Assembly: GCA_947478395.1 (NCBI GenBank)
Contig: CANJVR010000001.1
Coordinates: 96,001 to 160,000 of the forward strand
Reading direction: 5' to 3'
Length of the DNA stretch: 64,000 nt
Origin: Opitutia bacterium
GTDB taxonomy: Bacteria > Verrucomicrobiota > Verrucomicrobiia > Opitutales > Opitutaceae
Positions 1 through 9,537 of the stretch are shown piece by piece. The notes beneath the pieces are model-generated. The model worked only from the letters and a program-made list of their open reading frames with translations. It had not been told where the DNA came from and made no database searches. The position numbers were made by a program, and so were the translations under genes. Position 1 is the stretch's first letter. The number at the start of each line of letters is the position of its first letter.

Positions 1-2
1 CC

Positions 3-2063
3 CTTGCCTGCGCCTTGGCGCTCGGCACCCGCGGCGCTCAACTCCAGGCGCAATCCGCCACGGCGCTCCCCTCGTTGGTGGTGACGGCCGCGCGCACGCC
101 GCAACCCGCGGAGACGATCTCGGTGTCGGTGCGGGAATTCGATGGCGACGCGTTGCGCGCGTCTCCGACCGTGACGCTCGACGGGGCCCTGCGTGCGGTG
201 CCGGGGTTCAGTCTCTTTCGGCGCAGCGACAGCCTCTCTGCTAATCCGACGGCGCAAGGCGTGTCGTTGCGCGGTCTCGGTCCGAGCGGCGCGAGCCGGT
301 CGCTCGTGTTGCTCGACGGCGTGCCGCTCAACGATCCATTCGGCGGCTGGGTCACGTGGAGCCAGCTGCCGCGCGAATCGCTTGGCGCGGTCGAATTGGT
401 CCGCGGCGGTGGCGCGACCGCGTGGGGCAACGCCGCACTCGGCGGAGTGATCCAGTTACTCGGCACGCCGGTAACCGGCACGAGCGCCCGATTTGCCGCC
501 AGCGTCGGAACCTTTGGCACGCATAGCGCTGAATTCGGCGTCACCCACGCGATCGGGAACGGCACGTTGCAAATCTTGGGCCGGGCGTTTGAGACCGATG
601 GCTTTTCGCTGGTGGCCACGGAACGGCGCGGTGCGATCGACGTCCCGGCGGCCAGCGATCACCGCTGGCTCACGGCGCGGTGGCGGATGCCGTTGGGCGA
701 AAATCTTGAGGCGACGTTCACAGGGCGGACGTTTCAGGAAACGCGCGGCAACGGCACGCCCTACCAACGCAACGCGTCGCGGGCGAATTTCGGCGCGGTG
801 TCAGTGAACGGACAACCGTCGAAAAACTTTGCGTGGACCGCGTCGGGCTACGGCCAAGGTCAGATGTTCTCGAGCACCTTCAGCGCGGTGAACGCCGCGC
901 GTACGGTGGAAACTCCGGCGAGCGATCAGTTCGCCGTGCCCTCGACCGCGGTCGGCGCGGCGTGGACCGGAGCCTGGACTCACGCGCACGGCGGCCGGAC
1001 GAGTGCGGGCGCAGACGCGCGCGACGTTCGCGGCGAGACGCGGGAAAATTTCACTTACACCGCCGGCGCCTATGCTCGCCAGCGTTTCGCCGGGGGCCGA
1101 CAAACGCTCGGCGGACTTTTCGCGCTGCATGAACAGCCATTGGGCGCCGGGCTCACCGCGACGCTGGGCGGAAGGCTCGACGACTGGAGCGAAACCGACG
1201 GACACCGACGCGAAGCCGACCGCATTACGGGAGCGGTATTGCGCGACGATCGTTACGATGATCGCCGGCATCTAGAATTCAGCCCGAGCGCCGGCTTGGT
1301 GTGGCGCGCGAACGATGCGCTGCGATTGCGTGCGACCGCCCAGCAGGCTTTTCGCCGCCCTACCCTGAACGAACTTTATCGCCCGTTCCGCCAAGGCACG
1401 ACGGTGACCGAGGCTAATCCCGCGCTCGGCACTGAGCACGTCACGAGCGCCGAATTAGGCGCCGATTGGAAACGAGGTTCGTTCACGCTCGGCGCCACCG
1501 TTTTTTGGAATGAGCTGCGCGATGCCGTGGGCAACGTGACCATCGCGCGCGGGCCCGGCACGTTTCCCGTCGTGGGCACGCTCGCCGCCGGCGGACTTGG
1601 GCGCCAACGGTTGAACCTCGATCGCAGCCGCGTTCGCGGCGGAGAAATCTCCGCGACCTGGCGAGCCCACGAAAATCTCACGCTGAGCGCCGAGGCCCTT
1701 TTTGACGACGCGACCGTGCAGCGCGCGAAAGTGGCGCCGGCCCTGGTGGGCAAACGCCTCGCCCAAGTGCCGCGGCACAGCGCCACCTTCGGCGCGACGT
1801 GGCACGCGCCGCTCGGCATTACGGTGACACCACGCGTCCGCTGGGTCGGCGCGCAGTTCGAAGACGACGAAAATTTACTGCGGCTCGGCGAGGTGGTGAT
1901 CGCCGACCTCGGCGTGAGTCGCCCGCTCGGTCATGGTCTCGAACTTTTCCTTAACGTGGAAAACGCCGGGAATGCGCGGGTCGAAACAGGCCGGAGTGCA
2001 GACGGCGTGGTCAACGTCGGCACGCCACGGCTATGGATCGGCGGCGTGCGCGGACGTTGGTGA
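3..2063 (+). CDS. TonB-dependent outer membrane receptor (5' end probably lies before the window)
   Basis: Plug motifs (VSLRGLG, LVLLDGVPLND, VELVRGG..A.WG..ALGGVI), barrel motifs (FRRPTLNELY, NPALGTE) and C-terminal aromatic W. The frame is open to the window edge with signal-peptide-like residues. Confidence 0.92.
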   Translation, partial: LACALALGTRGAQLQAQSATALPSLVVTAARTPQPAETISVSVREFDGDALRASPTVTLDGALRAVPGFSLFRRSDSLSANPTAQGVSLRGLGPSGASRSLVLLDGVPLNDPFGGWVTWSQLPRESLGAVELVRGGGATAWGNAALGGVIQLLGTPVTGTSARFAASVGTFGTHSAEFGVTHAIGNGTLQILGRAFETDGFSLVATERRGAIDVPAASDHRWLTARWRMPLGENLEATFTGRTFQETRGNGTPYQRNASRANFGAVSVNGQPSKNFAWTASGYGQGQMFSSTFSAVNAARTVETPASDQFAVPSTAVGAAWTGAWTHAHGGRTSAGADARDVRGETRENFTYTAGAYARQRFAGGRQTLGGLFALHEQPLGAGLTATLGGRLDDWSETDGHRREADRITGAVLRDDRYDDRRHLEFSPSAGLVWRANDALRLRATAQQAFRRPTLNELYRPFRQGTTVTEANPALGTEHVTSAELGADWKRGSFTLGATVFWNELRDAVGNVTIARGPGTFPVVGTLAAGGLGRQRLNLDRSRVRGGEISATWRAHENLTLSAEALFDDATVQRAKVAPALVGKRLAQVPRHSATFGATWHAPLGITVTPRVRWVGAQFEDDENLLRLGEVVIADLGVSRPLGHGLELFLNVENAGNARVETGRSADGVVNVGTPRLWIGGVRGRW

Positions 2064-2189
2064 GCGTCAGGTCGCGCAAAGCTCCGCGCTACTCCGGAAA
2101 ACCGTCGGTCGATTCAAGAGCGCAGGACGCGGCATTCCCGGCGGCGTTGGTTGTGCGATCGCTGAGAGCGATCGGGTTACGCACACCCC

Positions 2190-2516
2190 ATTTTCCCCAA
2201 GATCCTGGCTCCGGCAAAACGCGCGGCGGAGCGATCGCGAACGCGTAGCCGTGGCGGGTGTGATGACGATCGACGGCGTGGCGATGTTTGGCGGCTGGGT
2301 GACGTTTAGGCCCGGCCACGACGCGAATCTGCGCCGCGCCCAGATTTTTTATAACGACAAGTCCCGCAAGATCGGGAAACCCGGACGCTACTTCATCGAG
2401 CAGAAATTTGGTCCGGCGCCCGGCCGCTATCGCGTGGAAGTGCGGCACGTCTCGAAGGACTTCATCGTGGTGCCGTCGATGGACGCGGCGCGGCTCTACA
2501 CGCGACTCGCTTCGAA
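2190..2516 (+). pseudogene. Fragment of a beta-rich domain (VAVAGVMTIDG...GWVTF...GPAPGRYRVEV), no clear start
   Basis: Coding-like codon usage. The pattern resembles PVC carboxypeptidase-regulatory-like domains. The 3' end runs into a palindromic repeat. Confidence 0.4.
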
Positions 2517-2588
2517 CGTAGCGGCAGGCGTGCCGGCCTGCCTGCCACGACGTCGCCAACCCGGCAGGCAGGGACGCCTGCCGCTACG
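2517..2588. repeat. GTAG-type REP-like palindrome
   Basis: cgtagcggcaggcgt (2517-2531) and acgcctgccgctacg (2574-2588) form a perfect inverted repeat, with an inner cctgcc/ggcagg stem. Confidence 0.75.
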
Positions 2589-2689
2589 CAAAACGGCCAC
2601 AGAGAAAGCTGAGCCGCTCCAATCCACGACGCAGTTTTTCAGACCATCGAGTTGCCCAATCGCACATTCGTGAAAATGATGAGCCTCGT

Positions 2690-3907
2690 ATGACAAGCCG
2701 TCCTTCGGAGCGCGTAATTCTGCTGGTATTAGCCGCGATTCAATTCACCCACATCATGGACTTCATGGTGATGATGCCGCTCGCGCCTCAATTGATGCGC
2801 GAGTTGAATCTGGGCGCCGGGCAATTCAGCGCGTTGGTCGCCGCTTACTCGATCGCGGCGGGTGTGGTCGGATTGTTGAGCGCACCCTTTATCGATCGTT
2901 TTGATCGGCGCACCCTGCTCCTGTTCGTTTACGCCGGATTCACCGTCGCAACGCTGCTCTGTGGTTTTGCGCCGGACGCCCACACCTTGCTCATCGCCCG
3001 CGCCATCGGTGGTGCTTTTGGCGGCATCTCCGGATCGCTTTGCCTGGCGATCGTCAGCGACCTGGTTCCGCCGGAGCGCCGCGCCGGCGGGATCGGCATT
3101 GTCATGACCGCGTTTGCCGTCGCCGCCGCGATCGGGGTGCCGGTCGGTCTGCAACTCGCCCACTTTTTCGGCTGGCGTTCGCCGTTCACCTTTATCGCTG
3201 CCTTCGCGGTCGTGGTGTGGGGCGTGATGTTCCGATTTATTCCTCCGGTCCGGGGTCACCTCCAAAGCGGCGTGAACAAGGGCCGCGCGTTTAAAGAATT
3301 GCTGCGCGACCAAAACGCCGGCCGCGCCATCCTTTTTATGGCGGTCATGGTGCTCGGCCATTTCAGCATCATCCCGTTGCTTTCCCCGCATCTGGTCGGA
3401 GACATCGCCCTACCCGAGAAGTACCTGTTTTTGGTTTACCTGATCGGCGGGGCCTTGAGCGTGGTGACGGCGCCCTATGTGGGCCGTTTGGCCGATCGCC
3501 TTGGCCGCCAGCGGGTCTTCACCTACATGGTCGCAGCGGCATCGATCATTATCCTCGCGATCGCGAATGCCGGACCGTTGCCGGTGTGGGTGACGTTGAT
3601 GTTGGCCGGATGTTTTTTTGTGTTCGCGAGCGGGCGCTTCATTCCCGGGCAGGCCATCGTGACGCTGGCGGTGCCGTCGTCGCGGCGGGGAGCTTTCCTG
3701 AGTCTGACGAGTTGCGCCCGTGACTTGGCGTCCGGAATCAGTTCCACCTTGGGAGGCTGGATTGTATCGAAACAGCCGAACGGGCAGCTGATCCATTTCA
3801 ACTGGCTCGGCACGATCGCGGTCGCCACCGGGCTCGTGAGCATCCTGCTCGCACGCACGGTTCGCGTGAATGATACGGGGAGCCCGCAGCCCGCCGGGCG
3901 CAGTTGA
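2690..3907 (+). CDS. MFS transporter
   Basis: About 12 hydrophobic segments and MFS motif A (DRFDRR; GRLADRLGRQR). Confidence 0.93.
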   Translation: MTSRPSERVILLVLAAIQFTHIMDFMVMMPLAPQLMRELNLGAGQFSALVAAYSIAAGVVGLLSAPFIDRFDRRTLLLFVYAGFTVATLLCGFAPDAHTLLIARAIGGAFGGISGSLCLAIVSDLVPPERRAGGIGIVMTAFAVAAAIGVPVGLQLAHFFGWRSPFTFIAAFAVVVWGVMFRFIPPVRGHLQSGVNKGRAFKELLRDQNAGRAILFMAVMVLGHFSIIPLLSPHLVGDIALPEKYLFLVYLIGGALSVVTAPYVGRLADRLGRQRVFTYMVAAASIIILAIANAGPLPVWVTLMLAGCFFVFASGRFIPGQAIVTLAVPSSRRGAFLSLTSCARDLASGISSTLGGWIVSKQPNGQLIHFNWLGTIAVATGLVSILLARTVRVNDTGSPQPAGRS

Positions 3908-4147
3908 GGTGGAAGCGCCCGCGGCGAACCGGTATTCTGGATCGAACGCTGCGCGGAGAGTTTGTTTTTTGCCCCCGGCAAACCGGCCAGCCACGGCCAG
4001 GCCGGTGCGCGGATAAAGTGAGAGCAACTCGCCATTTGACAGCCGGCCGGCGGAACCTTGGCTGGCCGCTTTAACCGCGAAAAATAAGTCTGATTTTTCC
4101 TATTTAGGGCGGTGAACTCGCCGGGCTGATGAACCGAAATCTTTTTT

Positions 4148-5035
4148 ATGCACCCCAAAATCACCCCACTCGCACTCATCGCCGCGTGCTGCGCGTTGTC
4201 CACGCCCGCTCTGTTCGCCCAACCCGCGGCCCCCGCCGCCCCCTCGCCCGCTGCCGCACTCAGTGACTCCGGGGCGGTGGAACCGAAATACGGGAACGGG
4301 ACTAATATCGTCAACGCCCGCAACCGTGACGACAAACCGATCTCCTATCGCGTCCCCACCTCCGCGGGCTGGCGCACAGACTGGCCCGAACGCCTGGAGT
4401 GGGATCTCGCCGACCTGAAAGTCTACGCCGAGGCTAACGCCAAGCTCGGCCCGCCCGCGCTCGGTGAGAACCGCGTCGTCTTCATCGGCGACTCCATCAC
4501 TGAGAACTGGCAGCGCTCCTTCGCCACGCTTTATCCCGGCAAGAAAAACTACATCGGCCGCGGCCGCTCCTCGGAAACCACGCAGCAGATGCTCCTCCGC
4601 TTCCGCCAGGACGTGATCGACCTCAAGCCCAAGGTTCTGGTTCTCCTCGCCGGCACCAACGACATTGCCGGCAATCTCGGCCGTTCGACCGACAAGATGA
4701 TTGAGGATAACTACGTTTCGATGATCGATCTCGCCGAGCTGAACAAGATCAAGGTCGTCTTCTGCACCATCATGCCGACCACGCGTTACAGCTGGCAGCC
4801 CTCAGTCACCGACGGTGCGGCGCGCGTCGTTGTCATCAACCAATGGATCAAAAAATACTCCGCGACCCGCCCCGGACAGGTCTTTTACGTGGACGTCCAC
4901 AGCCCGATGGTCGGCGAAAATAATAACATGAATCCGAAGTTCAGCAGCGACGGCACCCACCCCAACGCCACCGGCTACGCGCTCATCTCTCCGCTCGTTG
5001 AACAGAGGATCAACGAGGCGCTCGCCGCGAAGTGA
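4148..5035 (+). CDS. Secreted SGNH/GDSL hydrolase
   Basis: Signal peptide; blocks VFIGDSIT, LAGTND, DGTHPN. Confidence 0.9.
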   Translation: MHPKITPLALIAACCALSTPALFAQPAAPAAPSPAAALSDSGAVEPKYGNGTNIVNARNRDDKPISYRVPTSAGWRTDWPERLEWDLADLKVYAEANAKLGPPALGENRVVFIGDSITENWQRSFATLYPGKKNYIGRGRSSETTQQMLLRFRQDVIDLKPKVLVLLAGTNDIAGNLGRSTDKMIEDNYVSMIDLAELNKIKVVFCTIMPTTRYSWQPSVTDGAARVVVINQWIKKYSATRPGQVFYVDVHSPMVGENNNMNPKFSSDGTHPNATGYALISPLVEQRINEALAAK

Positions 5036-5082
5036 GGACCCCGGCCCTACTGCTCGCTGCCAACCTCCGCCAAAATCTCCCC

Positions 5083-6537
5083 ATGAAATTCCTCCCCGCC
5101 CTCCGCTCGCTGCTCGCGCTTGCCGGCTTGTTCGTCGCGCAGTTTTCGTTGCTCGCGCAACGCGGCGCCCCGGCCCCGACGTTCGTCGCCGCACCCTATC
5201 ACGCCTCCGGCATCTACGCGGCCGGAGAAAAAGCCGGCTGGACCATCACGCCCGTGCCCGGCGTGACACCGCCCACCGGCGACTTCACCTACACGGTGAA
5301 GACGAACAACTCCGCCACGATCAAGACCGGCACGTTTAATCTCTCCTCTGGCCCCGCCACCATCGAAGTGGTGCAAAACGATCCCGCGATGCTCTACGTG
5401 CAGATCACGCCGCCACCCACGGCGCCCGCGCCGGCACCCGAAGGGCCCGCGGCTGGACCCGCAGCTGCCGCCACCGTCGCGCCCAACGCCACGCTTCCCG
5501 CCGCTGCCCGCGGCAATGGCGGTCGCGGCGGTCGTGGGGGCGCAGGTGGCCCGCGCCTCGCCGCCGCCATCGCACCCACGAAAATCAAGCCGTCCGTCCC
5601 GCGTCCCGCCGACTTCGACGCGTTCTGGGACGGTAAACTCGCCGAGCTCGCGAACATTCCCATCAACCCCTCGCTCACGCCGGTGCCCGCGAACAAGGAC
5701 GGCATCGCATTGTTCACCGTGAAGCTCGATAGCGTCGGTTCGCACGTGCAAGGCTACCTCGCTAAACCCGCCCGCACGGGAAAGTTTCCCGCCCTCATCA
5801 TGTATCAATGGGCCGGCGTTTATTCGCTGGAGACGCAGACGCTCGCAGCCGTGAAAGACCGCGCCGCCGAGGGCTGGCTCGTGCTCAATGTCGACTCCCA
5901 CGACATCTCGCCCAACGAGGGCCAGGCCGAACACCCCGAACTCCAAAACTATCAGTCGCAGGGCAACACCGACCGCGAGACCGCCTATTTTCTAAAAATG
6001 TATCTGCGCGACGCCCGGGCCGTGGACTACATCAAGTCCCTCCCGGACTGGGACGGAAAAATCATCGTCTTCCAGGGCACGAGCATGGGCGGCCAGCAAA
6101 GCCTCGCCACGGCCGGCCTCCGCCCCAACGACGTGACCGCCGTCATCGTCAACGTCCCCTCGGGCGCCGACTTCAACGGCGACGCGCATGGCCACCGCAC
6201 AGGTTACCCGAACTGGCTCACCAACGCCGGCGCCACCCCCAATCCCAAGATCGCCGAAACGGGTCAGTATTTCGACACCGTCAACTTCGCTCACCGCATC
6301 AAGGCTCCGGTCGTCGCCGCGATGGGCTTCCTCGACATCACCAGTCCGCCCGCCGGCATCTGGGCCGCGCTGAACGAAATCCCCGGACCCAAAGAGGCCA
6401 TTTCCATGATCGAGTCGGACCACAACCACATCACGCCCGAGAAACAGGGCGCGTGGGATGCCCGCTCGAAGGAAGTGCGCGACTCGCTGCTCAAGACCGG
6501 CGCCTTCAAGGTCGTCGAGCCCTTCGCGCAACCGTGA
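5083..6537 (+). CDS. Secreted acetylxylan esterase / cephalosporin-C deacetylase-like (CE7-like) esterase
   Basis: Signal peptide from ATG 5083; RPADFDAFW, GTSMGG nucleophile, YFDTVNFA..IKAP, catalytic D and H near the C-terminus. Confidence 0.85.
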   Translation: MKFLPALRSLLALAGLFVAQFSLLAQRGAPAPTFVAAPYHASGIYAAGEKAGWTITPVPGVTPPTGDFTYTVKTNNSATIKTGTFNLSSGPATIEVVQNDPAMLYVQITPPPTAPAPAPEGPAAGPAAAATVAPNATLPAAARGNGGRGGRGGAGGPRLAAAIAPTKIKPSVPRPADFDAFWDGKLAELANIPINPSLTPVPANKDGIALFTVKLDSVGSHVQGYLAKPARTGKFPALIMYQWAGVYSLETQTLAAVKDRAAEGWLVLNVDSHDISPNEGQAEHPELQNYQSQGNTDRETAYFLKMYLRDARAVDYIKSLPDWDGKIIVFQGTSMGGQQSLATAGLRPNDVTAVIVNVPSGADFNGDAHGHRTGYPNWLTNAGATPNPKIAETGQYFDTVNFAHRIKAPVVAAMGFLDITSPPAGIWAALNEIPGPKEAISMIESDHNHITPEKQGAWDARSKEVRDSLLKTGAFKVVEPFAQP

Positions 6538-6751
6538 CGTGACGGTCAACCGCCGTCCGGCTGGCGCCCCTTGAATCGTGGGAAAGATTTCTTGGCCGGC
6601 AGTTGATCCTGCATCGCATCACCCTTCACCCCGACCCGGGGAGCTCAGCACCCTATCAAACCGCCGCTTATCCCTGCTGCTCGGGTAACAATATGGCCGT
6701 CGGCCTCTGCATGGGTTCGCCGCGCGCCCCGCTCGATGGACGGTAGGCGCC

Positions 6752-7693
6752 TTATTTGGCGGAGCTGAATCCGCGGTCACCGAGCCAGGTGAGCAGGAGG
6801 CCAGGCCACGCGGCGGGCGGCATGGGCCGGTAAACCCCGAGGCCGAAACCGTGTGCACCGGATCCGAACACGTGCATTTCCACCGGGACGTTGGCCTTGT
6901 GAAAACGAAGATAGAGCTCGGCCACGCTGTCGGAGATCGAGCGGTCATCGGAAGCGGAGACCATGAACGCCGGGGGCGAGCCCGACTCGGGCAGGACGAC
7001 GCGCGCGTTGCCCGGATAGACCAAAACTTGGAACGATGGCTTGGAGCCCTGGCGTTCCACCGGGTCGGCGGCCGCGGGTTGGCCCTCGTCGAAGCGCATC
7101 GCGGCGCGCGCGATCACTTCGCCGCCCGCGGAAAATCCCAGCACGCCGACGGCCGCGGGATTGACGTTCCATTCGGTGGCGCGACTGCGTACGAGACGGA
7201 TGGCGCGCTGCGCATCGGCGAGCGATTCTTTCTCCACCGCGTAGGTCGAGCCGGGGGCGCGGGCGAGGCGATACTTCAGCACAAACGCGGCGACGCCGTG
7301 CTCGGCGAACCACTGCGCGACGTTGTAGCCTTCGGTATCAATCGCGAGGTTGGTGTGGCCGCCGCCGGGCGCGATGATTACAGCCGCGCCATTCGACTTT
7401 CCCTTCGCCGGCAGATAAGGAGTGAGCGTGGGTGCGTGAATGTGGGTGACGCTGATGTAGTGGATGCCCTCCCAGAGTTTGTGGGTGACGAGTTCTTTCT
7501 CGCCCCGTTTGCCTTCCGAGCCGGGCGCGCCGTCGGGCCAAAGCGGAATCGAGGCGGGATGCGCTGGCTCTGGGGCGGGGCTGCCGGGCGCCCCTGATTC
7601 GGCGGCGGAAAGGCGCAACGCGACGGCGACGCACAGCCAGCCAACCGCCAAGTCACGAAGGGAGAAACGGCGAAACGCACGGAACGAGTTCAT
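6752..7693 (-). CDS. Secreted alpha/beta hydrolase (esterase)
   Basis: IPLWPDGAPGS, APGGGH, LKYRL, GFSAGG, HGFG motifs. Start taken at ATG 7693; the ORF-track extension is the antisense of the neighbouring gene. Confidence 0.88.
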   Translation of the reverse strand: MNSFRAFRRFSLRDLAVGWLCVAVALRLSAAESGAPGSPAPEPAHPASIPLWPDGAPGSEGKRGEKELVTHKLWEGIHYISVTHIHAPTLTPYLPAKGKSNGAAVIIAPGGGHTNLAIDTEGYNVAQWFAEHGVAAFVLKYRLARAPGSTYAVEKESLADAQRAIRLVRSRATEWNVNPAAVGVLGFSAGGEVIARAAMRFDEGQPAAADPVERQGSKPSFQVLVYPGNARVVLPESGSPPAFMVSASDDRSISDSVAELYLRFHKANVPVEMHVFGSGAHGFGLGVYRPMPPAAWPGLLLTWLGDRGFSSAK

Positions 7694-7906
7694 AGCGAGG
7701 TAGGGAAACACGAGAGCACAGGAGAGTCGGGTTGATCTGGTCCTGAAAAAATCCGACCGGGACCGTGGGGGCGATCGAGTGAAGTGGCGATTCAAACTTA
7801 CGCGGACTCTCCTCCCGCGGCTGGAATCGAACGTGTGCGCTATTGGAAGAGCTGCGGTGGAGTCGACCGACGCGGCCCGGAAGAACATCATGCTCGCACC
7901 TGCCCC

Positions 7907-8371
7907 ATGATTATCCGCCAACTCGCCCACCTCTGTTTCTACACGCACCAGCTCGATGTCATGGTCGCGTTTTACCGCGACCAGCTCGGCTTTCCCATCG
8001 CGTTCACCATGCGCAACGACGACGGCTTTCAGTTCGGTTACTATTTCGATCTGGGTAACACGACCTACATCGAAATCTTCGATCAGGCGGGAGCCGTGAA
8101 ACTCTGGGGTGGCGACGCGACGCCGCGGAAGCCGAATAACGGCGTCTACTTCGGGCACTTCTGCCTGGAGGTGCTCGGTCTGGAGGAAACGTGCGCCGAG
8201 CTCCGCACGCGGGGGGTGGAAATTTTGCGCCCGATCAAGACCGGCATCGATCACTCGCGCCAGGCGTGGATCAAGGATCCCGATGGAAACTCCATTGAGC
8301 TGATGGAATATTCTCCCAGAAGCCTCCAGCTCACGGACGGCGTGCAAGGCAAACACGTGCCGAATCCCTGA
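7907..8371 (+). CDS. VOC/glyoxalase family protein
   Basis: LAHLC...FYRDQLGF, YIEIF, HFCLEV, WIKDPDGNSIELME. Confidence 0.9.
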   Translation: MIIRQLAHLCFYTHQLDVMVAFYRDQLGFPIAFTMRNDDGFQFGYYFDLGNTTYIEIFDQAGAVKLWGGDATPRKPNNGVYFGHFCLEVLGLEETCAELRTRGVEILRPIKTGIDHSRQAWIKDPDGNSIELMEYSPRSLQLTDGVQGKHVPNP

Positions 8372-8387
8372 GCGCCGCCCGCGCCGC

Positions 8388-9491
8388 TCAGGCGTCCAAC
8401 GTTCCCGACGCCAGATTCGCCGGCAGCGCGGCCGGACGCGCGCAGGTCGTCTCAAGCGCGATCATGCGCCCGGCCTGCGATGCGAGATCAAAGCCGCACA
8501 TCGCCTCGACGATGTGCTGGGCGAGTTCGCCGTTCGCGCGAAAGCCCCGCTCGCGGCGCAGAACGGCCTGCGCCATGTCCGCCACGCCCGTGCCGCGCAA
8601 GCGTTCGGCGGTGTGCGTCGGCGGCGCGACGACGTAGGTTTTCGTTTCGCGATCATAGAGCCGCACGTCACCGACGAAATGATTGGGGTCCGGCGCCTCG
8701 AGCGTGCCCTCGGTCCCGTAGACGACGATGCGCGGCAGCGGAAACGGATAAGTGTCGAAGCTCGTGACGATGCTCGCCACCGCGCCGCCCGCGAAGTCGA
8801 TCGTGCCAAAATAATGCGTCGGCACCTCCACACGGATTTTTTTCCCGGCCTGCGGTTCGCTCGTGATGGTACGCTCCGCATAGCCCTGCCGCGCGATGCC
8901 GCCGACGCGCGCAATCGGTCCGAGGAAATTAACGAGCGCCGTTAGGTAATACGGCCCCATGTCGAACATCGGCCCGCCGCCGGCCTGATAGTAGAATTCT
9001 GGCGTCGGGTGCCAGGTCTCGTGGCCGCGGTGGAGAAAGTGCGCCATCGCCGAAAGCGGCGTGCCGATCGCGCCGCGGTCGATGAGGGCGCGCGCGGTCT
9101 GGAGACCGCTGCCGAGAAACGTGTCGGGCGCGCAGCCCACGAGCAGCCCGCGTTTGCGCGCGAGGGCGAGCACGCGCGCGCCGTCGGCCACGTTGAGCGC
9201 AAAGGGTTTTTCGCAATAGGCGTGCTTGCCCGCGCCCAGGATACTCTCGTTCACCGCCGCGTGCGCCTGCGGCACGGTGAGGTTGACGACGATCGCGATC
9301 TCCGGATCGGCCAGCAAGTCGGTCACGCTCAGTGCGCGCACGCCGTGCTGCGCGGCCTTGGATTCCGCGCGCGCGGGGAGCAGGTCGGCGCACGCGATGA
9401 TCTCGAGAAACGGGTAGAGCCGCAGACCCGCGAAGTAAGCGTCGCTGATCTTGCCGCAACCGATGATGCCGATGCCGAGCTTGGAAGACAT
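8388..9491 (-). CDS. Gfo/Idh/MocA family oxidoreductase
   Basis: GIIGCGKIS Rossmann motif, GKHAYCEKP, GGGPMFDMGPY. Confidence 0.92.
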   Translation of the reverse strand: MSSKLGIGIIGCGKISDAYFAGLRLYPFLEIIACADLLPARAESKAAQHGVRALSVTDLLADPEIAIVVNLTVPQAHAAVNESILGAGKHAYCEKPFALNVADGARVLALARKRGLLVGCAPDTFLGSGLQTARALIDRGAIGTPLSAMAHFLHRGHETWHPTPEFYYQAGGGPMFDMGPYYLTALVNFLGPIARVGGIARQGYAERTITSEPQAGKKIRVEVPTHYFGTIDFAGGAVASIVTSFDTYPFPLPRIVVYGTEGTLEAPDPNHFVGDVRLYDRETKTYVVAPPTHTAERLRGTGVADMAQAVLRRERGFRANGELAQHIVEAMCGFDLASQAGRMIALETTCARPAALPANLASGTLDA

Positions 9492-9537
9492 GATTTTTAT
9501 CGCTGGAGCTGATTCCGCCGCGACGACAGGCGTCGAC

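Noticed and set aside
7694..8455. N-terminal extension making the hydrolase 567 aa
   Set aside because: It overlaps the VOC gene on the opposite strand; the signal peptide starts at 7693.
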